A DNA stretch of 64,000 nucleotides from Candidatus Choladocola sp. GTDB taxonomy: Bacteria > Bacillota > Clostridia > Lachnospirales > Lachnospiraceae. Positions 54,869 to 64,000 of this stretch are shown here, in pieces. Where the stretch lies: NCBI GenBank assembly GCA_034093895.1, contig JAXEBU010000061.1:24261-88260 (forward strand). Reading direction: 5' to 3'. The notes under the pieces are model-generated. The model worked only from the letters and a program-made list of their open reading frames with translations. It searched no databases and was not told the origin of the DNA. The position numbers were made by a program, and so were the translations under genes. Positions within the stretch are counted from its first letter, which is position 1. Each line of letters begins with the position of its first letter.

Positions 54869-56680
54869 CTATTCCAGAATCTGACTGCGGAGAATATCAA
54901 AAGGTGCCGGACCCGTTTCAAGAACGCGCCGGTGAAAATCCCGCAGAGAAAAGGTGTCTTTTTGCTGCTCCTTCAGTTCATCACGAAGTCTGCAGAAGTT
55001 CAGATATCCGACGTAATATTTCAGATAGTTGGCCGGTGCCTGGAGAATGGTCTGATACAGGGAAGCGGCCGAGGTTTCCGAAAAGCCAAGCTTTCTGAGA
55101 AATTCTGATACTTCTTCCGGAGAATATCCGCGGTAGTGGATTCCGATATCCAGCAGCGAGGCAAGCCCCAGCGTGAAGGAGCGGTTTTTCTGGCAGAGCA
55201 TTGCCAGCCCTGGATCTTCTTCCCAGAGGGAGTAGGCGTACATTTCCACGTATGTGGCCCATCCTTCCGTATAGCCGCCCACATCCAGAAGGTACCGGAG
55301 CAGATCGGGTGACCGGGAATTAAAGTATACATTCTGATACAGATGGCCGGGATAGCCCTCGTGTGCCAGTGTTGTATACAGCTCCAGTCCATTATAATTT
55401 CCGGATGGATTGATATAGATGACATTGTTCCTGTAATCGTCTATGGCGGAGGTCAGATAAAAAGCGGGGCTGAGGTATTCCTGCAGTGACGGATGGACGT
55501 ACTTTATCCGACAGGAAACATCCGGAGCAACGGGAAAATCCCCCGTAATTTTTCCGCGGAGTTCGTTCAGCATATCCTCAGGGTCAGAAACGGAAGAAGC
55601 ATCAGCGGTGATATCTGTCCCGCCTGTGGCGCTGCGGTATTCAGACAGGAGGTCACGGATAGCGGTATAATCTTCCACCATCTGCCTTTTGATATCTTCC
55701 TCAATTTCCGCGACATGCCGTTTATCGCCCACCGTGCTTTTTACCAGGTATTCATAGTACGCAGTTCCCTCAGGAAAACAGCAGAGACCTTTTTCGTTTT
55801 TTCCGGTATCCGACAGCGCCAGAATTCCTGCAATCAGTCTTTCATATGCGGGAATCACGTAGCCTGTCAGGAGCGCTTTGTTTCTGCTCTGAAAGGCGAT
55901 TTTTTCGTCGGCAGTCAGATTTGTAATCGCATTCGTTTTTTCATTAAAAATACGGATCAGATAATTGTCATCGCCGCCATCAATGAATTCTCTGCACTGG
56001 CGAACCACCTCCAGCGCGCAGTCCTCGCTCATAAACAGCCCGGCCTTCGATTTCTCCTGTTCAAAGGACACGATGGAGGCGAAGTAATCAGGCACCTGGG
56101 AGAGAAGCGTCAGGTAATCTTCAATGTCTCCTTTTGTCCGGAACGAGTATTCCGCCAGAAGTACAGGCAGCTGAGCCTGAATTCCGAGGGAAGGACTGAG
56201 GGGCTCATCGTATAAGAGCAGTGACGCGGAGGAAAGCTCAGTTTCCAGATAATCATAAAAAATCCTGTATGTAAGCTGGTGGGTGGAGGAAAGTCTGGAA
56301 CAGTCGATTTTTTTCAGTGCACTGAGGTAATTTTCGGCAGCCGCACAGGACTGCTGCCGTGCATTCAGGCTGGCGTTTCCCAGCGTGACGGATTTTTGTT
56401 CGATGTTGTAAGCTGCGGGATTTGCAACCGTATAGTGGAGGTTCAGCGTATTGCCGGCCATTTCGCTGCTGAAAACCTTTTCGGACAATATTTCAAATTT
56501 CCGGTCTTCTGACAACGGAAAAAAGCGGAACAGCAGCAGGATGACAAAAAGGCCGGCCAGAATCGGCAGCACATGCTCGAGATGTCTGCGCCTGCCGGGA
56601 GACAGGGAGTTTCCGCTCTTTTTTCCGACAACCGGTGAACCGGGTGTGGCTGGAGCAGTTTTGGAAAAGAAACGGGACAT
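54869..56680 (-). CDS. DUF885 domain protein (metallopeptidase-like)
   Basis: TLAHEGYPGHLYQ, EGWATYVE, FHRRVLETGP; N-terminal TM. Confidence 0.88.
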   Translation of the reverse strand: MSRFFSKTAPATPGSPVVGKKSGNSLSPGRRRHLEHVLPILAGLFVILLLFRFFPLSEDRKFEILSEKVFSSEMAGNTLNLHYTVANPAAYNIEQKSVTLGNASLNARQQSCAAAENYLSALKKIDCSRLSSTHQLTYRIFYDYLETELSSASLLLYDEPLSPSLGIQAQLPVLLAEYSFRTKGDIEDYLTLLSQVPDYFASIVSFEQEKSKAGLFMSEDCALEVVRQCREFIDGGDDNYLIRIFNEKTNAITNLTADEKIAFQSRNKALLTGYVIPAYERLIAGILALSDTGKNEKGLCCFPEGTAYYEYLVKSTVGDKRHVAEIEEDIKRQMVEDYTAIRDLLSEYRSATGGTDITADASSVSDPEDMLNELRGKITGDFPVAPDVSCRIKYVHPSLQEYLSPAFYLTSAIDDYRNNVIYINPSGNYNGLELYTTLAHEGYPGHLYQNVYFNSRSPDLLRYLLDVGGYTEGWATYVEMYAYSLWEEDPGLAMLCQKNRSFTLGLASLLDIGIHYRGYSPEEVSEFLRKLGFSETSAASLYQTILQAPANYLKYYVGYLNFCRLRDELKEQQKDTFSLRDFHRRVLETGPAPFDILRSQILE

Positions 56681-56808
56681 AAGGGCTCCGGAAACATTCT
56701 TTAAGACAGTTTATGCCGGGGGAACGGTTACTATTAAAAGATTCTGCTGCAGCGGGCAGATTTCAGGACGGTCGGAAGAAAGCTCCCGAAAAAACATGTT
56801 GCACAGCT

Positions 56809-56837
56809 TGACAGAAAAACTGCCATATGGTAGTTTA
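56809..56837 (+). promoter_or_regulatory. sigma-A promoter of the metG leader
   Basis: TTGACA-17 bp-TAGTTT. Confidence 0.55.
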
Positions 56838-56889
56838 AAGATATCGCAAAATGAACCGCTGGCAGGAAGCATTGACGGCGGGAAAAACT

Positions 56890-57212
56890 CAGTGATGAAA
56901 AGAGTACGTGTATGGGAATGATACAGAGAGTTTCCGGACGGTGAGAGGAAATACAGGAACGTACGCGGAAGATGGCTTCTGAGAGGTGCCGCCGAGCGGA
57001 TCGATGGATCGTAAGGCGGTGACAGGTCCGCCTGTTACAGCGGAAGGGTATGATCTCAGTCGAAGAAGACTGACAACGGTAATCCGGCAGCATGGAGGAA
57101 AGCATCGGAAACCGAACAGTACCCGCAGAGGTCTGCGCCGCAAGACGCAGATAAATGGAAGTGGTAACACGGGTAAGCTCGTCTTCTGATATCGGGAAGA
57201 CAGAGCTTTTTT
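56890..57212 (+). ncRNA. T-box riboswitch (Met specifier)
   Basis: CAGAGAG and GGTGAGA stem-I motifs, GAAG-ATG-GC specifier, T-box AAGTGGTAACACGG, terminator AAGCTC...GAGCTTTTTTT; upstream of metG. Confidence 0.88.
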
Positions 57213-57306
57213 TCTCGTATGGAGACTTTGTATCACATGCGGGAACAACGCTTCGCGGGAATGCGCAAAGCGCATTCTTTTTTTAATCGTAAGGAGGAGA
57301 CGCAGG

Positions 57307-59283
57307 ATGAGCAAACCGAAATTTTATATGACAACGGCCATTGCCTATACATCAGGCAAGCCGCACATCGGCAACACGTATGAAATTGTTCTGGCAGACA
57401 GTATTGCCAGATTCCGCAGAGAGCAGGGCTATGACGTGTTTTTCCAGACAGGAACGGATGAGCATGGACAGAAGATCGAACTGAAGGCACAGGAAGCCGG
57501 AATCACGCCGAAGGAATATGTGGACAATGTGGCGGGAGAGATCAGACGGATCTGGGATCTGATGAACACATCCTATGACAAATTTATCCGTACCACGGAT
57601 GAGGACCACGAAAAGCAGGTACAGAAAATATTCAAAAAACTGTACGATCAGGGTGATATTTACAAAGGCTCCTATGAAGGAATGTACTGTACGCCCTGCG
57701 AGTCCTTCTGGACAGAGTCCCAGCTGGTGGACGGCAAATGTCCGGACTGCGGCCGTGAGGTGAAGCCGGCAAAGGAAGAGGCTTATTTCTTCAGAATGAG
57801 CAAATACGCTGACCGGTTGATTGAACATATTAATACGCATCCGGAATTTATTCAGCCGGTATCGAGAAAGAACGAGATGATGAACAATTTCCTGCTTCCG
57901 GGACTGCAGGATCTCTGTGTGTCAAGAACGTCTTTCAAATGGGGAATTCCTGTAACCTTTGACCCGAAGCATGTGACGTATGTCTGGCTGGATGCACTGA
58001 CCAACTATATTACCGGTATCGGCTATGACTGTGACGGGAACAGTACGGAGCAGTTTGAGAAGAACTGGCCGGCAGATCTCCATCTGATCGGTAAGGATAT
58101 TATCCGTTTCCACACGATCTACTGGCCGATTTTCCTGATGGCCCTCGATCTTCCTCTTCCGAAGCAGGTATTCGGACATCCGTGGCTTCTGCAGGGTGAC
58201 GGCAAGATGAGCAAATCAAAGGGAAATGTGCTGTATGCCGATGATCTGGTCGATATTTTCGGTGTGGATGCAGTCCGTTATTTTGTACTGCACGAGATGC
58301 CTTTTGAGAATGACGGAGTGATTTCCTGGGAGCTTATGGTGGAACGTGTCAATTCAGATCTTGCCAATACACTCGGCAATCTGGTAAACCGCACCATCTC
58401 CATGAGCAACAAGTACTTCGGCGGTGAGGTGAAGCGTACGGGAGTCTGTGAACCGGTGGATGAAGAGCTGAAATCCGTAGCACTTTCCGTTCCGGAAAAG
58501 GTCAGCAAAAAAATGGACGATCTGCGTGTGGCAGATGCGATTACAGAGATTTTCACCCTGTTCAAGCGGTGCAACAAATATATTGATGAGACGATGCCGT
58601 GGGCACTTGCAAAGGATGAGAGCAAACAGGAGCGTCTTGCAGAGGTGCTGTATAATCTGACAGAGTGCATTTCCATCGGTGCCTCTCTTCTGGAATCCTT
58701 TATGCCGGAGACATCGGAACGCATTCTGGCACAGCTGAATGCGAAGAAGCGTTCCCTGGATGAGATGAAACAGTACGGCCTGTATGAGTCCGGAACGAAG
58801 GTGACGGAGAAACCGGAGATTCTTTTCGCACGTCTTGATCTGAAGGAGATTCTGGCAAAGGCAGAAGAGATTCAGAAAGCGCAGGCTGCGCAGAATGCAT
58901 CGGGAGAAGCGAAAGAAGAAGCTCCGGCGGAAGCTGTTATTGACCTGGAACCCAAGGCAGAGATTACTTTCGATGATTTTGAAAAGCTGCAGTTTCAGGT
59001 GGGTGAGATCATTGCCTGTGAACCGGTGAAAAAATCAAAAAAACTGCTCTGCTCCCAGGTAAAAATCGGAAGCCAGGTAAAACAGATCGTTTCCGGAATT
59101 AAAGCACATTACACACCGGAGGAGATGGTGGGCAAAAAAGTGATGGTGCTGGTAAATCTGAAGCCGGCAAAACTGGCAGGTGTTCTCTCAGAAGGAATGC
59201 TGCTGTGTGCAGAAGATGAAAACGGTGAGCTGTCGTTGATGGTGCCTGAGAAGACCATGCCGTCAGGAGCAGAGATCTGCTGA
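57307..59283 (+). CDS. metG: Methionine--tRNA ligase with C-terminal tRNA-binding domain
   Basis: PHIGN, YVWLDAL, KMSKS, C-terminal OB fold. Confidence 0.97.
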   Translation: MSKPKFYMTTAIAYTSGKPHIGNTYEIVLADSIARFRREQGYDVFFQTGTDEHGQKIELKAQEAGITPKEYVDNVAGEIRRIWDLMNTSYDKFIRTTDEDHEKQVQKIFKKLYDQGDIYKGSYEGMYCTPCESFWTESQLVDGKCPDCGREVKPAKEEAYFFRMSKYADRLIEHINTHPEFIQPVSRKNEMMNNFLLPGLQDLCVSRTSFKWGIPVTFDPKHVTYVWLDALTNYITGIGYDCDGNSTEQFEKNWPADLHLIGKDIIRFHTIYWPIFLMALDLPLPKQVFGHPWLLQGDGKMSKSKGNVLYADDLVDIFGVDAVRYFVLHEMPFENDGVISWELMVERVNSDLANTLGNLVNRTISMSNKYFGGEVKRTGVCEPVDEELKSVALSVPEKVSKKMDDLRVADAITEIFTLFKRCNKYIDETMPWALAKDESKQERLAEVLYNLTECISIGASLLESFMPETSERILAQLNAKKRSLDEMKQYGLYESGTKVTEKPEILFARLDLKEILAKAEEIQKAQAAQNASGEAKEEAPAEAVIDLEPKAEITFDDFEKLQFQVGEIIACEPVKKSKKLLCSQVKIGSQVKQIVSGIKAHYTPEEMVGKKVMVLVNLKPAKLAGVLSEGMLLCAEDENGELSLMVPEKTMPSGAEIC

Positions 59284-59328
59284 TGAGCGCACTGTAATAC
59301 GGGCAAAAAGACAGGAGGAAATGACATC

Positions 59329-60723
59329 ATGAAAAAAGAAAACAGCTGGAAGACGTATACAGCAGAGCAGCTGCAGGAGCTGAACGGGCTGGCAGACCGC
59401 TACAAAGCGTTCCTTGACGCGGGTAAGACAGAACGGGAGTGCGTAAAAGAGGCTGTCCGCCTGGCAAGGGCGCAGGGCTATCGCAGCCTGGAAGAAGTAA
59501 AGCAGTCAAAAGAACAGTTAAAAGCAGGCGATAAGGTATATGCAGTCTGCATGAATAAAATGGTGGCACTGTTTCTGATCGGAACGGAGCCGATGAATGA
59601 GGGAATGCGCATTCTGGGGGCGCATATTGATTCTCCGAGACTTGATCTGAAGCAGAATCCCCTTTATGAGGATACAGAGCTGGCTTATCTGGATACACAT
59701 TACTACGGCGGCGTGAAGAAATACCAGTGGGTGACGATTCCGCTGGCAATTCACGGTGTGGTTGCGAAAAAAGACGGGACGGTGACAGAGATCTGCATCG
59801 GAGAAAAGGAAGAAGATCCCGTTGTCTTCGTATCAGATCTTCTGATTCATCTTGCGGGAGAGCAGATGGAAAAGAAGGCCCGCGTTGTCATTGAGGGTGA
59901 AAGCCTTGATATTCTCATCGGCAGCCGTCCTCTGGCTGAAGTCGGAGAGGAAGAGAAGCAGAAGGAAGCGGTAAAGGAAAATATTCTTTCGATCCTTCGG
60001 GAACAGTATCAGATCGAGGAGGACGATTTTCTTTCGGCAGAGCTGGAGATCGTTCCGGCAGACAGGGCGAGAGACTGCGGCCTGGACCGCAGCATGGTCA
60101 TGGCATACGGACAGGATGACCGTGTCTGTGCTTATACATCTCTGGAGGCGCAGCTTTCGGTTGATGTTCAGCCGTATACCTGCTGCTGCCTGCTGGTGGA
60201 CAAAGAAGAGATCGGCAGCGTGGGAGCTACCGGTATGCAGTCGCGGTTTTTCGAGAACACGGTGGCAGAGCTGATGAACTGTGCCGGACAGTACAGTGAG
60301 CTGGAACTGCGCAGATGTTTAAGCGGCAGCCGGATGCTTTCTTCCGATGTAAGCGCAGCGTATGATCCCCTGTATGCATCCTTTTTTGAGAAGAAAAACA
60401 GTGCATATTTCGGAAAAGGGCTCGTATTTAATAAATATACGGGTTCCCGGGGAAAGAACGGCAGCAACGATGCGAATGCAGAGTATATGGCAGCGATCCG
60501 CAGTATGATGGACAAACATCACGTTGCGTTCCAGACGGCAGAGCTGGGCAAAGTTGATGTGGGCGGCGGAGGAACCATTGCCTATATTTCCGCACTTTAC
60601 GGAATGAATGTAATTGACAGCGGTGTCGCTGTACTGAATATGCATGCACCGATGGAAGTGACCAGCAAGGCAGATCTTTATGAAGCATGGAAGGGCTACA
60701 GAGCCTTTCTGCAGGAGGCTTAA
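59329..60723 (+). CDS. M18-family aminopeptidase (ApeA type)
   Basis: GAHIDSPRL, GQDDR, DKEEIGS, SSDV, MHAP. Confidence 0.92.
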   Translation: MKKENSWKTYTAEQLQELNGLADRYKAFLDAGKTERECVKEAVRLARAQGYRSLEEVKQSKEQLKAGDKVYAVCMNKMVALFLIGTEPMNEGMRILGAHIDSPRLDLKQNPLYEDTELAYLDTHYYGGVKKYQWVTIPLAIHGVVAKKDGTVTEICIGEKEEDPVVFVSDLLIHLAGEQMEKKARVVIEGESLDILIGSRPLAEVGEEEKQKEAVKENILSILREQYQIEEDDFLSAELEIVPADRARDCGLDRSMVMAYGQDDRVCAYTSLEAQLSVDVQPYTCCCLLVDKEEIGSVGATGMQSRFFENTVAELMNCAGQYSELELRRCLSGSRMLSSDVSAAYDPLYASFFEKKNSAYFGKGLVFNKYTGSRGKNGSNDANAEYMAAIRSMMDKHHVAFQTAELGKVDVGGGGTIAYISALYGMNVIDSGVAVLNMHAPMEVTSKADLYEAWKGYRAFLQEA

Positions 60724-60852
60724 ATCTCAGAAAGAACAGAACAGAATTTTGATTGCGGGAGAAACAGAAACCTACAGATGTGATGGAGCGTACTGTTCTC
60801 CCGCATTGTTCAGTGAGCATTATCAGAACGGAATGCAAATCAGGAGGGGATC

Positions 60853-61524
60853 ATGAAAAGACAGGTGAGTCTTGAAGAAATTTCAGACGGAAAATTGTAT
60901 GGCAGAAATGATATGGTGAAAGCGGGCTGCGGAGGCTGCAGAGGGTGCAGTGACTGCTGCAGCGGAATGGGAAACTCTGTCATACTGGATCCGTATGATA
61001 TTTTCCGGCTGACCGGCGGCCTTTCCGTTTCCTTTGAGGAACTCATGGCAGGAAAAATCGAACTGAATGTGGTGGATGGTGTGATCCTTCCCAATCTGAG
61101 TATGAGCAGCAGGACAGAGACGTGTGCGTTTTTGAATGAAGCGGGGCGATGCAGTATTCATCCGTTCCGCCCGGGCGTCTGCAGACTGTTTCCGCTGGGC
61201 CGGTACTATGAGAAGGAGAAGCGGTCTTTTCGCTATTTTCTTCAGATCAGGGAATGTCCGGCACCGAATAAGACGAAGGTAAAAGTGGAGAAATGGGTGG
61301 ATACACCCGGGATTGTCCGGTATGAACAGTTTGTAAATACGTGGCACTATTTCCTTGAGGATGTGCAGGAAAAGATTGCACAGACAGAAACGGATGAAAG
61401 TATTAAAAATATAAATCTGTATCTTCTGAAGCTGTTTTATATAAGACCGTATGACACCGGAAAAGATTTCTACGAACAGTTTGAAGAGCGGCTTTCAAAT
61501 GCGAAAGAAGTACTTGCAATTTAA
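60853..61524 (+). CDS. YkgJ-family cysteine-cluster (CxxCxxCC) protein
   Basis: CRGCSDCC, CAFL...CSIHPFRPGVCRLFP. Confidence 0.88.
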   Translation: MKRQVSLEEISDGKLYGRNDMVKAGCGGCRGCSDCCSGMGNSVILDPYDIFRLTGGLSVSFEELMAGKIELNVVDGVILPNLSMSSRTETCAFLNEAGRCSIHPFRPGVCRLFPLGRYYEKEKRSFRYFLQIRECPAPNKTKVKVEKWVDTPGIVRYEQFVNTWHYFLEDVQEKIAQTETDESIKNINLYLLKLFYIRPYDTGKDFYEQFEERLSNAKEVLAI

Positions 61525-61645
61525 TGATAAGACCTTTACAATGAAACGATATAAGCAGGTTTTACAGTGCAGAGCAACTGTGCGTGGAGATACGCTGTGA
61601 GACGAAACGGGAAATGATGAAAAATACGGAGTGGAGGACATATCA

Positions 61646-62224
61646 ATGCAGATATTAAAAGACAGAATCCGTAAGGACGGAAAGGTAAAAGAAGGAAATG
61701 TACTGAAGGTGGACAGTTTTCTGAATCATCAGATGGATACGGCGCTGTTTCGTGAGATGGGCAAAGAATTTAAGAAGCGTTTTGAGGGTGAGGAGATCAA
61801 CAAAATCCTGACCATTGAAGCTTCCGGAATCGGCATTGCTTGTGTGGTGGCTGAGTCATTCAATGTACCCGTGGTATTTGCCAAGAAGAGCCAGACGAAG
61901 AATATTGCGGGAGACGTATATAAGTCACGGGTGGAATCCTATACCCACGGACGCGTTTATGACATCATTGTATCAAAAGAATTCCTCGGAAAGGGAGATA
62001 AAGTTCTGCTGATTGATGATTTCCTTGCAAATGGAAAGGCACTGGAGGGCCTGGCGGAAATTGTGGAAGCTTCCGGTGCGGAACTGGTAGGAGCAGGCAT
62101 TGCCATTGAGAAAGGCTTTCAGGTTGGCGGTGATCTGATCCGGTCAAGAGGAATCCATCTGGAGTCACTGGCCATCGTGGAGAGCATGGATGAAAAGACG
62201 GGAGAGATTACCTTCCGGGAATAA
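61646..62224 (+). CDS. xpt: Xanthine phosphoribosyltransferase
   Basis: [33 protein letters not shown]. Confidence 0.95.
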   Translation: MQILKDRIRKDGKVKEGNVLKVDSFLNHQMDTALFREMGKEFKKRFEGEEINKILTIEASGIGIACVVAESFNVPVVFAKKSQTKNIAGDVYKSRVESYTHGRVYDIIVSKEFLGKGDKVLLIDDFLANGKALEGLAEIVEASGAELVGAGIAIEKGFQVGGDLIRSRGIHLESLAIVESMDEKTGEITFRE

Positions 62225-62228
62225 AAAA

Positions 62229-62296
62229 ATATCGGCCCTGCCGGAAAGAGCGGGAAGTTCGTCGTCTTCCCTTTGTTTCCGGCAGGGCCGTTTTCT
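62229..62296. terminator. Bidirectional terminator
   Basis: CGGCCCTGCCGGAAA...TTTCCGGCAGGGCCG followed by TTTT. Confidence 0.75.
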
Positions 62297-63076
62297 TTAG
62301 AAGGCCGTTTTCAGATAGGATACCATAAGGTTGATATTTGCACATTCATAGACGTTCATGACGCCTGTATCAAAATTGTCTGCACTGATGTAACCGTCGT
62401 ACCAGGATTTGCTGTCAAAATATTCCTGCACATCCTTCAGCACGAACAGTCGGTGATGTCTGGCATAGATCTCGTTGATTGCCATCTGAACCTCATCCGC
62501 GCTCATACCGGCGAGATCTTCTCTGGCGAGATATGCGGAATCACTTTCCGGAAAGATGTATTCATCATCTGCCAGTGCAAAGCTGTTTCCTGCGGTTAAT
62601 GTGATATTCTCCATAATCCAGTCCGTATCACAGGACATGCTTACGTATTCACGGCAGGCTTCCTCATCGTTTTCGTATGCCTGAAAGTCTGTGGGGAAAG
62701 TCGCATAATAGATACCGTCCTCCACAGATCCGATTGTTCTGTAACTTGGATTGTCCAGATAATCGGAAGTCTGAGTGAAAGAGATGGAGAAGAGCCAGCC
62801 TCCGTTGGCGTAGCCGAGCTCCTCTGTCCAGAGCCTGCGGGATTTTGTCTGATAAAAGGAAACGGTGTCAGCAGACGTACCCATCTGGCATTTTCCGGAC
62901 CAGTCCGATGGAAGAATCACCTGGATGTCTTCGAAATCGATACAGATGTTGTTGTTTTCATCACGGGAAGTGGTTCCCTCAAAACGGCCTGCAGCAGCTG
63001 CGGTGACGGAAAATCCTGCCAGCATACCAAGACAGGCGGTGGTTAATATCATTCGGCGTAAAAATCCTTTTCTCAT
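62297..63076 (-). CDS. Secreted YARHG domain protein
   Basis: Signal peptide; YIFPESDS, AINEIYARHH, QEYFDSKSWY. Confidence 0.85.
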   Translation of the reverse strand: MRKGFLRRMILTTACLGMLAGFSVTAAAAGRFEGTTSRDENNNICIDFEDIQVILPSDWSGKCQMGTSADTVSFYQTKSRRLWTEELGYANGGWLFSISFTQTSDYLDNPSYRTIGSVEDGIYYATFPTDFQAYENDEEACREYVSMSCDTDWIMENITLTAGNSFALADDEYIFPESDSAYLAREDLAGMSADEVQMAINEIYARHHRLFVLKDVQEYFDSKSWYDGYISADNFDTGVMNVYECANINLMVSYLKTAF

Positions 63077-63226
63077 ATAAATTTCCCCCTTATCAAAATA
63101 GTATCTGATGGTCCTGACCGGAAAAATACGGTGAAGACTGTTCTTTTACCAGTATTTTACCATAAACAGGAGGTGAGAAAATGAAAGAATTCTTAAGAGA
63201 CGGGAAAATCAATTGTAAAAATGCTC

Positions 63227-63904
63227 TTATTCTTTTTTCATTTCTTTCAGATGCGAAAGTGCATACTGGAGGGAGCGGTCAAGATGCTGTTTCATCAGAT
63301 CGCCGGCCTGATTGTATTTGCCGGAGCGATAAAGCTCGTAAATCTGTGTGTGCATTTCGTTGATTTTCCGTTGAGGCTCTGTTTCTGTCTCGTACAGACC
63401 TGAAAAGATTGTGAGCTGGCTGCGCAGCTTTTCGGCGGCATGAGTCAGACGGCTGTTGTTGCAGTAGTCATAAAAAAGCAGATGAAAACGATCCGAGTAT
63501 TCAATCCACAGCGGAACATCCTCCGGAAGAAGGCTGCCTTTCTCCTCAATAATTCTGGTTTTGGAAATAACAGATTCCAGTTCCCGGCAGACCGTTTCCT
63601 GGTCGGGATACGATCCGCTGTACAGAATTGCCAGCCGGTCCAGATCTCCCATGAACTGAAAAAGCTCAGCCAGATCCTGCTCCGTCATAGAAATGACATT
63701 GACGCCGATATTTGAGTAATAATTGACCAGTCCATCTTCTGTCAGACGCGTCAGTGCTTCACGGATTGGTGTGGAGCTGACTTCAAACCGTTCTTTCAGA
63801 TTTTTAAGCGTCAGTTTTTCTCCCAGAGGTATCTTCTGGCTCAGTATATCTGCCCGCAAAATCTGGTAAATTTGTTCGGAAAGTGTGGATTTATTTAAAG
63901 TCAT
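63227..63904 (-). CDS. GntR-family regulator (FCD)
   Basis: RFEVSSTPIREAL..L..DGLV; DRFH and H motifs of the FCD domain. Confidence 0.9.
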   Translation of the reverse strand: MTLNKSTLSEQIYQILRADILSQKIPLGEKLTLKNLKERFEVSSTPIREALTRLTEDGLVNYYSNIGVNVISMTEQDLAELFQFMGDLDRLAILYSGSYPDQETVCRELESVISKTRIIEEKGSLLPEDVPLWIEYSDRFHLLFYDYCNNSRLTHAAEKLRSQLTIFSGLYETETEPQRKINEMHTQIYELYRSGKYNQAGDLMKQHLDRSLQYALSHLKEMKKE

Positions 63905-64000
63905 AAAAAACTTCCTTCCTTTGTACCGTATTTTATGTCTGTTTGTCCCCTGGCTCTGAATTGCCCGTCAAATGAGCCTGCCGTCGATTTTTCCGCGCTG

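Overview
Chromosomal segment of a Lachnospiraceae-like (Clostridia) gut bacterium. The backbone is housekeeping: ECF sigma with a beta-propeller partner, asnS, a VanRS-like two-component pair, sortase B, cobB, rpsF-ssb-rpsR, cwlD-like amidase, an S1-repeat protein, tsaC/sua5-ptp-rpiB-upp, degV, T-box-metG, M18 aminopeptidase and xpt. Two accessory regions interrupt it. (1) About 10.3-21.85 kb is AT-rich. It holds an orphan sugar-ABC ATPase whose stop codon appears to be supplied by an IS110 element with a structured non-coding end (candidate bridge RNA). This is fused to the remnant of an integrative element ending in a 3' tRNA fragment; the remnant carries a minimal tyrosine recombinase, an HTH switch with four operators, RHH and WYL regulators, an Ig-domain protein and several repeat families. 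(2) About 22-40.7 kb is a corrinoid/tetrapyrrole-scavenging-like locus: transcobalamin-like/DUF4430 surface proteins, a FecR-DUF4430 fusion and an ECF transporter with two T subunits. It has one canonical cobalamin riboswitch plus two copies of a compact cobalamin-class-II-like RNA that keeps the T-loop and kissing-loop scaffold but lacks the usual B12-contacting core. This RNA is the best candidate here for an undescribed regulatory system. All calls come from reading the sequence and ORF track by eye; no database searches or folding computations were run.
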